This document shows positions 58,167 through 64,000 of a DNA stretch of 64,000 bases, one piece after another. Below the pieces are notes generated by a model. The model did no database searches. It was not told the origin of the DNA and worked only from the letters and a program-made list of their open reading frames with translations. The translations under genes were made by a program, and so were the position numbers. Origin of the DNA: Patescibacteria group bacterium (lineage in GTDB: Bacteria > Patescibacteriota > JABMPQ01 > JAQVVF01); contig JBAZSC010000001.1 in NCBI GenBank assembly GCA_041662665.1, positions 129,511 to 193,510 on the forward strand. The letters are read 5' to 3'. Positions within the stretch are counted from its first letter, which is position 1; the number at the start of each line of letters is the position of its first letter.

Positions 58167-58850
58167 ATGGCAAATGAAATGCAAACGCCTCAAGAAGTTA
58201 TAGACGCAGCAGAATCAGAAATTCCGACACAACAGGAGGCAGTAGAAGCGCAAGGAGAATCAAAAACATATGGAGCAGTAGATCTTGATGCCAAGCTCAT
58301 AACATACCAAGACAAGAATGCTCAAGAATATACGAAAGAAGAAGGTTATCGTAGTGAGGATGTCAGCAATTATAGTGAAGGAGATATGATTGGTGCTCTA
58401 CAAGATGGAAGAAAAATGTCCAAAGATGATACTAGATCAGCATTGGCCTCTTTAGATTCCTCTGGCATCAAAAGACTGCAAGAGATGGCTGCCGATAGTA
58501 GAGTAAGAAATCGAGAAAGAAATAAAAACGTAGAACAAGAATATACTAATGCAGGACGATTAGAAAAACTTGCACAGCAAGCTGAGCAACTGACATCTTT
58601 GAGGAGCGAAGAAGGACAGCGAAAATTTATCCAAGAAATTGCTCAATCATTAAATTTTGGCACATATTTAAATCGTAAAACTACAAATAAACTTAACTCA
58701 ACTCTTTCTTTACTTCAAACGCATGATCCTGAAGCAAAAAAGATAATTTTTAATGAAATAAAACCTGCGCTTCAAGATGCAGTTAAAGACAGCAATTTGC
58801 CATCAGACAAAGACACTGTAGATAAGATTATTGCAGAATATCAAGGTTAA
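58167..58850 (+). CDS. Acidic hydrophilic orphan protein
   Basis: 227-aa ORF; terminator 58864-58891. Confidence 0.7.
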   Translation: MANEMQTPQEVIDAAESEIPTQQEAVEAQGESKTYGAVDLDAKLITYQDKNAQEYTKEEGYRSEDVSNYSEGDMIGALQDGRKMSKDDTRSALASLDSSGIKRLQEMAADSRVRNRERNKNVEQEYTNAGRLEKLAQQAEQLTSLRSEEGQRKFIQEIAQSLNFGTYLNRKTTNKLNSTLSLLQTHDPEAKKIIFNEIKPALQDAVKDSNLPSDKDTVDKIIAEYQG

Positions 58851-58947
58851 AATAAAAAATTTAAAAGCCTGCCAAAATTAAGCAGGTTTTTTGTTTGCCA
58901 AAAACAAAGTTTAAAGATAAACTATATTAAGACTCAAGCAACGTCAT

Positions 58948-59156
58948 AAGGTTCGGCCTTTTACTTGAAGAAATAAAATATTTTTTATATAAAGAACTTA
59001 GCTAGCAATATGAGCGTGGATTTTTGATAAGGCCGAACCTTTTACGTCTAGTTCATAGATTTAAAAGGTTCGGCTTTGTACATGTTTCCAAATTAGTTTT
59101 GCTTGCCAAGATAACAAAAAAATATTATCCATCCTTTAAGTAAAAAGCCGAACCTT
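58948..59156. repeat. Four alternating inverted 13-mers AAGGTTCGGC(C/T)TT
   Basis: 58948 (+), 59029 (-), 59065 (+), 59144 (-). Confidence 0.85.
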
Positions 59157-59178
59157 GTGGAAAAGAAATTAAAAAAAC

Positions 59179-60528
59179 ATGCCCAAATCAACAACAATTT
59201 ATTCCTGCCAAAGTTGCGGCGCTGAATTTGTACGCTGGGCAGGAAAATGCGAAAAATGCGGAGAATGGAATTCTTTGTCTCAAATAACAAAACAGCCAAC
59301 TATCTCAATGGGTAGGTCTTTGAATTTAGCTCAAGCTCTGAAACCACAAATATTTTCTCAAGTTTCAGCTCAAAATTTTAAAAGACTAGAAACAAAAATA
59401 TCTGAATTCGATCGAGTTCTTGGTGGTGGTTTTGTCCCAGGATCCGTTATTCTTATAGGTGGAGATCCAGGCATTGGCAAATCAACTCTTGCTTTACAAA
59501 TTTGTTGTATTTTACAAAGCTTAGGCAAAAAAATATTATACGCATCTGGCGAGGAATCAGCACAACAAGTCAAAATGAGAGCAGAGAGACTATCTCATAA
59601 ATCAGATAATATTCAATTTTTAGGCACTAATAATGTTGATAGCATTCTTCAAACAATTGAACAAATCAAACCAGATCTAACGATCATTGATTCTATCCAG
59701 ACCATGCAAACCGAAAATATTCAAACTGTCATGGGAAGTGTTAGCCAAGTCAAAACTTGTGCTATTATGTTGACTGAAGTTGCCAAAAGGAATAATTTAC
59801 CAGTAATACTTATTGGTCATGTTACAAAAGAGGGTACAGTTGCAGGACCAAAAACATTAGAACATTTAGTTGATACAGTATTATATTTAGAAGGCGATCG
59901 TTATCATTCTCTTCGCGTTTTGCGTTCAATAAAAAATCGTTTTGGATCAACAAATGAATCAGGAATTTTTGAAATGAAAGAATCTGGTTTAGTTGAAGTC
60001 AAAAATCCATCTGGCATATTTTTGGAAGAAAGATTAAAAGGCGCTGAAGGTACTTGTGTTACAGCAACAATTGAGGGTTCGCGTTCATTTTTGATTGAAG
60101 TGCAAGCATTAGTTTCTAAAACAAATCTCGCTTTTCCAAGACGAACAGCATCAGGATTCAGTTTGAATCGTTTGCAGATGTTGATTGCTGCAATATCTAA
60201 CAAAGTAGGTTTAAGATTAGATTCTCAAGATGTTTATGTCAATATCGTTGGCGGTATCAAAACAACAGAACCAGCAGTTGATCTGGCAGTTTGTTTATCA
60301 ATTGTCTCTGCCTTTCAGCGAAGACCAATTGATGCAGAAACAATTGTCTTGGGAGAAGTCGGTCTGACAGGTGAAGTCCGCTCTGTTCCGCAGATTGAAA
60401 AAAGACTTTCTGAAGCTGAAAAATTAGGTTTCAAAAAAATTATAATGCCAAGAAGTGAAGTCAAAACAAGTCTACAAATAATTCGTGTTAATAGTTTGCG
60501 TGATGCAATTACGAAAATACTATTTTAA
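59179..60528 (+). CDS. radA: DNA repair protein RadA/Sms
   Basis: CxxC..W.G.CxxC, GDPGIGKSTL, KNRFG, GEVGLTGEVR. Confidence 0.97.
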   Translation: MPKSTTIYSCQSCGAEFVRWAGKCEKCGEWNSLSQITKQPTISMGRSLNLAQALKPQIFSQVSAQNFKRLETKISEFDRVLGGGFVPGSVILIGGDPGIGKSTLALQICCILQSLGKKILYASGEESAQQVKMRAERLSHKSDNIQFLGTNNVDSILQTIEQIKPDLTIIDSIQTMQTENIQTVMGSVSQVKTCAIMLTEVAKRNNLPVILIGHVTKEGTVAGPKTLEHLVDTVLYLEGDRYHSLRVLRSIKNRFGSTNESGIFEMKESGLVEVKNPSGIFLEERLKGAEGTCVTATIEGSRSFLIEVQALVSKTNLAFPRRTASGFSLNRLQMLIAAISNKVGLRLDSQDVYVNIVGGIKTTEPAVDLAVCLSIVSAFQRRPIDAETIVLGEVGLTGEVRSVPQIEKRLSEAEKLGFKKIIMPRSEVKTSLQIIRVNSLRDAITKILF

Positions 60529-60553
60529 AAAACAAAAAACAAAAAATAAAAAT

Positions 60554-60630
60554 TGTCATCCTGAGCGAAGCGAAGGATCCCATGACTAAACAAAAAAATC
60601 ATGGGATTCTTCGCTGCGGCTCAGAATGAC
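60554..60630. repeat. GTCATCCTGAG...CTCAGAATGAC palindromic element
   Basis: gtcatcctgagcgaagcgaaggatcccatga...tcatgggattcttcgctgcggctcagaatgac. Confidence 0.85.
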
Positions 60631-60693
60631 GATGCAAAAATAAAAAAACTAGCAAATGCTAGTTAAAACGAAAGTGCAAAAAATAAAAATGTG

Positions 60694-60921
60694 CTAGAGG
60701 AGACCTTTCTGATTCAAGATTGCGAGATGATTGTGATCCCATTTCATACGAGGTACCATCTTCATTGCTTCGCGAACACGACTCAGCTCTTCAGGAGTGC
60801 TAGCAGATCTGACATGAGCGAACAACTTTTCACGAAACATGATACCTGGAAAAGAAATTTCACCCTTTACATACGACTGAGTCAAAGCAACAGGATCTTC
60901 ATTCTGAAACTTGAGTGCCAT
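60694..60921 (-). CDS. Small orphan protein (75 aa)
   Basis: GGAGG-containing RBS before MALKFQ; hairpin at 60648-60664 downstream. Confidence 0.55.
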   Translation of the reverse strand: MALKFQNEDPVALTQSYVKGEISFPGIMFREKLFAHVRSASTPEELSRVREAMKMVPRMKWDHNHLAILNQKGLL

Positions 60922-61060
60922 TTCCCTTTTCCTCCGAAGCCCGCCAAAGTTTGTAAAGGCGGGGAAAAGGCCTTCCGCTGTTTCTCGCGGAAAGCCGGAA
61001 ACCATGAGAAAAACAACTTGTTAATATAATATAACAAAATCAATATAAAGCAAGTCCTTT

Positions 61061-63196
61061 TTACTCAAAATGAGTAATTTGGTCAAAATCAGCCATTTTT
61101 TCCCTTAATAGAGGGAATTTTTTTATGTCATTTTTCGCCACAAAATTTTCTGCTTCTGCTTTTGCCAGTTTTAACAAATTTACATCCATTAAAGAAGCCA
61201 TTTTTAAATCAGGCAAACCAGATTGCCTAATTCCATAAACTTCACCAGGACCGCGCAATTCCAGATCTTTTTCTGCTAAAACAAATCCATCATCGCAATC
61301 AACCAAAGCCATTAGTCTATCATAAGATTTTTGTGACATAGAATCAGAAAACAGAAAGCAAAAAGACTGTTTTTCACTTCTGCCAACACGTCCTCTGAAT
61401 TGATGAAGTTGTGACAATCCAAAACGTTCTGCTCCTTCAATCATCATGATTGTTGCATTTGGAAAATCAATTCCAACTTCAATTACAGATGTTGAAACTA
61501 ATATCTTGACTTCATTATTTTTAAATTTTAATAGTGTTTTTTCTTTTTCTTCTTTTTTTAATTTGCCGTGCATCATTGCGATTTCAAATTCCGGAAAAAT
61601 TTCTTTGCTTAATTTTTCATATTCTTCTTCAACTGCTTTCACATCATCCCATTGATTATTTTGAGGACTAAATTCTTTTTCATCATTTTTTTCTTCGCCT
61701 GCCTTAATTCTTGGACAAACAACAAAAACCTGCCTGCCTAATTTTATTTTTTCTCTAATAAATTCATAAGCTTTATCTCGATTATATGGTGCCACTAATT
61801 TAGTTAGAATTTTTTTTCGTCCAAATGGTTTTTCTTTCAAAATGGAAATATCCAAATCACCATAAAGTCCTAATGCTAAAGTTCTTGGAATTGGTGTTGC
61901 TGTCATTGATAACAGATGCGGCGTTTTTTTCGTAGAAACGTTGCAATGCAACGTCGCTACGGCGTTCAATTTTTTTAATTTCGCTCTTTGCTCAACACCA
62001 AAACGATGCTGTTCATCAATTACAGTTAAAGCCAAATTTTTAAATTTTACATCTTCTTGAATAACTGCGTGCGTGCCGATCAAAATGTCAACATCGCCAT
62101 TTTTAATTTTATTCAACAAAATCTTTTTACTGACAGTCTTGTCATTGAATTTACGATCAACGCGAGTCAACAATGCCAGCGTAGCGACAGGGCAGTGCCC
62201 TGTCGCTACGAGTTTTTGTATTGTTTCAAAGTGTTGTTTAGCCAAAATTTCTGTTGGCGCCATTAAAATTGATTGTTTTTTCTGATTCGCAATCAAATAC
62301 ATTGCCATCAATGCGACAACAGTTTTGCCAGATCCAACATCACCTTCCAACAATCTATTCATTGGCTTATTTTTTTCTAAATCTAAGAAAATTTCCCAAG
62401 CTGATATCTTTTGATCTTTTGTTAATTTGAAGGGTAGGGAATCAACAAATTTTTTAATTAAATCTTTATTAAATTTAATTTTAAATGCTTTATTTTCCTG
62501 CCATTTTTTCTTTTTTAATAAATTATTTAATTGTAATAAAAATAATTCATCAAAAGCTAATCTTAACCTTGCTTTTTTCAAAATTTCTAAATTATCTGGA
62601 AAATGAATTTGTTTTAATGCCTCGCCTAAATTTATCAAGCTTAATTTTTCTTTAATTTCTTCTGGCAAAAAGTCATCAAATTTATCCGACAATTTTAGCA
62701 ATGGTCTTAGAATAAATCTTAAATATTTTGAAGACATGCCATTTGTTTCAGAATAAACTGGCAAAATTTTTCCTGACCCATCGTTAAATTTTTCAAAAGC
62801 AGGGGAATTCATTGATACCGAATTATAATTCAATTCAACTTTGCCATTCAATGTTACAAATGTCCCAACGCGAAAATATTTTTCTAAATATGGCTGATTA
62901 AACCAAACAATTTTAAGATCGCCAGATTCATCAGAAATTTTCGCTTCAGTCAAAGTCAGCCATCTTTTTGAAGTCGGCTTGTTTTTTATTGATTTGATCA
63001 TTCCTCTGATTGTCTGTTTCTCATTTATTTTTAAATTTTTGATTAAAGTAATATTGCTAAAATCATCATAGCGAAAAGGAAAATAAAAAAATAGATCAGA
63101 AACAGTTTTCAATTCTAATCTTTCTAAAGCACGTTTATGCTTCAGATCAAATTTCCGCAAACTATTCAATTTTGTTGATAATCTAACATTTTTCAT
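61061..63196 (-). CDS. recG: ATP-dependent DNA helicase RecG
   Basis: GDVGSGKT, DEQHRFG, TATPIPRT, LHQFRGRVGR, DLELRGPG. Confidence 0.97.
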   Translation of the reverse strand: MKNVRLSTKLNSLRKFDLKHKRALERLELKTVSDLFFYFPFRYDDFSNITLIKNLKINEKQTIRGMIKSIKNKPTSKRWLTLTEAKISDESGDLKIVWFNQPYLEKYFRVGTFVTLNGKVELNYNSVSMNSPAFEKFNDGSGKILPVYSETNGMSSKYLRFILRPLLKLSDKFDDFLPEEIKEKLSLINLGEALKQIHFPDNLEILKKARLRLAFDELFLLQLNNLLKKKKWQENKAFKIKFNKDLIKKFVDSLPFKLTKDQKISAWEIFLDLEKNKPMNRLLEGDVGSGKTVVALMAMYLIANQKKQSILMAPTEILAKQHFETIQKLVATGHCPVATLALLTRVDRKFNDKTVSKKILLNKIKNGDVDILIGTHAVIQEDVKFKNLALTVIDEQHRFGVEQRAKLKKLNAVATLHCNVSTKKTPHLLSMTATPIPRTLALGLYGDLDISILKEKPFGRKKILTKLVAPYNRDKAYEFIREKIKLGRQVFVVCPRIKAGEEKNDEKEFSPQNNQWDDVKAVEEEYEKLSKEIFPEFEIAMMHGKLKKEEKEKTLLKFKNNEVKILVSTSVIEVGIDFPNATIMMIEGAERFGLSQLHQFRGRVGRSEKQSFCFLFSDSMSQKSYDRLMALVDCDDGFVLAEKDLELRGPGEVYGIRQSGLPDLKMASLMDVNLLKLAKAEAENFVAKNDIKKFPLLREKMADFDQITHFE
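61931..61961. repeat. REP-like GTAG palindrome within recG
   Basis: cgtagaaacgttgca-a-tgcaacgtcgctacg. Confidence 0.85.
62180..62210. repeat. REP-like GTAG palindrome within recG
   Basis: cgtagcgacagggca-g-tgccctgtcgctacg (perfect 15-bp arms). Confidence 0.9.
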
Positions 63197-63220
63197 CTTA
63201 TCTTATTATCTCTAGAAAAT

Positions 63221-63244
63221 AAAAAAAGAGCAATATCATGCTCT
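63221..63244 (-). terminator. Intrinsic terminator AGAGC/GCTCT
   Basis: Minus strand reads agagca-tgatat-tgctct followed by T run. Confidence 0.65.
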
Positions 63245-63258
63245 AAAAGATCAATAAA

Positions 63259-63936
63259 TTAACATTGTCCATAAATCCCTCTTTTTGCTCTCGCCTCTGT
63301 TTCATCTAGAAGAATTTCAATTGCTCGCTCGGGTGTGTCATCATGAACCAGATCTGATATTCTACGAAGAAAAGCCCTTGTCAATTCTCGATTGCTAATC
63401 CTAAAGATATCTACCAGTAACATTTCAATTGGAACTTTCTGATAATGCATTACTCCGCACAAAACATCATCAGCCATTGAAGCAATCTGTCTAAATGCTC
63501 TGAAGTGATTGCAAGGGAAGTTTCTATGGTTATAACGAAAACCTAGGAATCCTTTATCAAACGGACAAGCTGGACAAAGCAGGCGATTATAAAGTTCGCG
63601 ATAATATACTTCGCGCATATCATAGAACCAATGCCAGTACCATTTCTTTCCTTCTGGCGCATCAGGCAATTTCTTGCCAATTTGTCGCTCAGGACAGTCA
63701 TTTGGATGAATGACGCCAAATTGTGCTAATTCTCGTGCCATTGTATCAAGCATAGCCATTGCACGTTTCAGAATTCTAGATTGGTCAGTCTCTTCTTTAT
63801 AATCAGATTCACGATAAACATAAAAATACTCACCACCCAATGCCTCAATCGCTAAAAAATATTCAAGTTCTGATTTGTCAGACTTTTTGAAAAGTTCTTC
63901 TATCTCTTTAAAGGACAAAACTTTAACCATCTTCAT
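63259..63936 (-). CDS. Orphan Cys-containing protein
   Basis: 225-aa ORF, AAGGAGG RBS, CPACP motif. Confidence 0.65.
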   Translation of the reverse strand: MKMVKVLSFKEIEELFKKSDKSELEYFLAIEALGGEYFYVYRESDYKEETDQSRILKRAMAMLDTMARELAQFGVIHPNDCPERQIGKKLPDAPEGKKWYWHWFYDMREVYYRELYNRLLCPACPFDKGFLGFRYNHRNFPCNHFRAFRQIASMADDVLCGVMHYQKVPIEMLLVDIFRISNRELTRAFLRRISDLVHDDTPERAIEILLDETEARAKRGIYGQC

Positions 63937-64000
63937 CGAACCCTCCTTGTTCTCCTTCTGTTCTGGGACAAATAATTATCTCAAAGTTTCAGCTAATTGT

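Noticed and set aside
179-62285. Many short ORF-track entries antisense to or nested in long genes (e.g. 588, 1926, 9917, 14447, 25043, 29625, 48858, 49584, 59904, 60691, 62057)
   Set aside because: Shadow ORFs of well-supported genes, with no RBS or recognisable motifs
1-64000. Alternative genetic code (TGA recoded, as in Gracilibacteria)
   Set aside because: Conserved genes are full length under the standard code and TGA ends genes such as pcrA

Overview
Very AT-rich bacterial chromosome segment. TGA is used as a stop (e.g. 39763, 54984), so the standard code applies. The gene content (PrgI/VirB4 locus, pilin-like fusion, Asn/Cys-rich surface proteins, mostly SD-less core genes) suggests a Patescibacteria/CPR genome (inference). 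Housekeeping genes (suhB-like, pgi/pmi, recF, infB, rbfA, DHH phosphoesterase, cdaA-cdaR, clpP, rny, ymdB, galT, HU, pcrA, rsmA, radA, recG) alternate with large surface proteins and a ~17-kb type IV secretion-like cluster (41.0-58.1 kb) whose virB4 has a 1-nt frameshift. The most striking signal is non-coding. Many intergenic gaps between co-oriented genes hold a long imperfect palindrome built of 7-9-nt repeats, in several sequence families. Two of these carry a four-helix-bundle (IVP/Avd-like) gene in their loop, and one of those two families also occurs four times empty. Also present: GTAG-type REP-like palindromes inserted in frame in recG, a tandem array of promoter-RBS-orphan-terminator cassettes, and an SGNH esterase-pilin-lytic transglycosylase fusion. 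No rRNA, tRNA, CRISPR, transposase, integrase or reverse transcriptase was recognised. All calls are by eye; no searches were run. Where the ORF track extended a start into upstream repeats, I give the more likely start.
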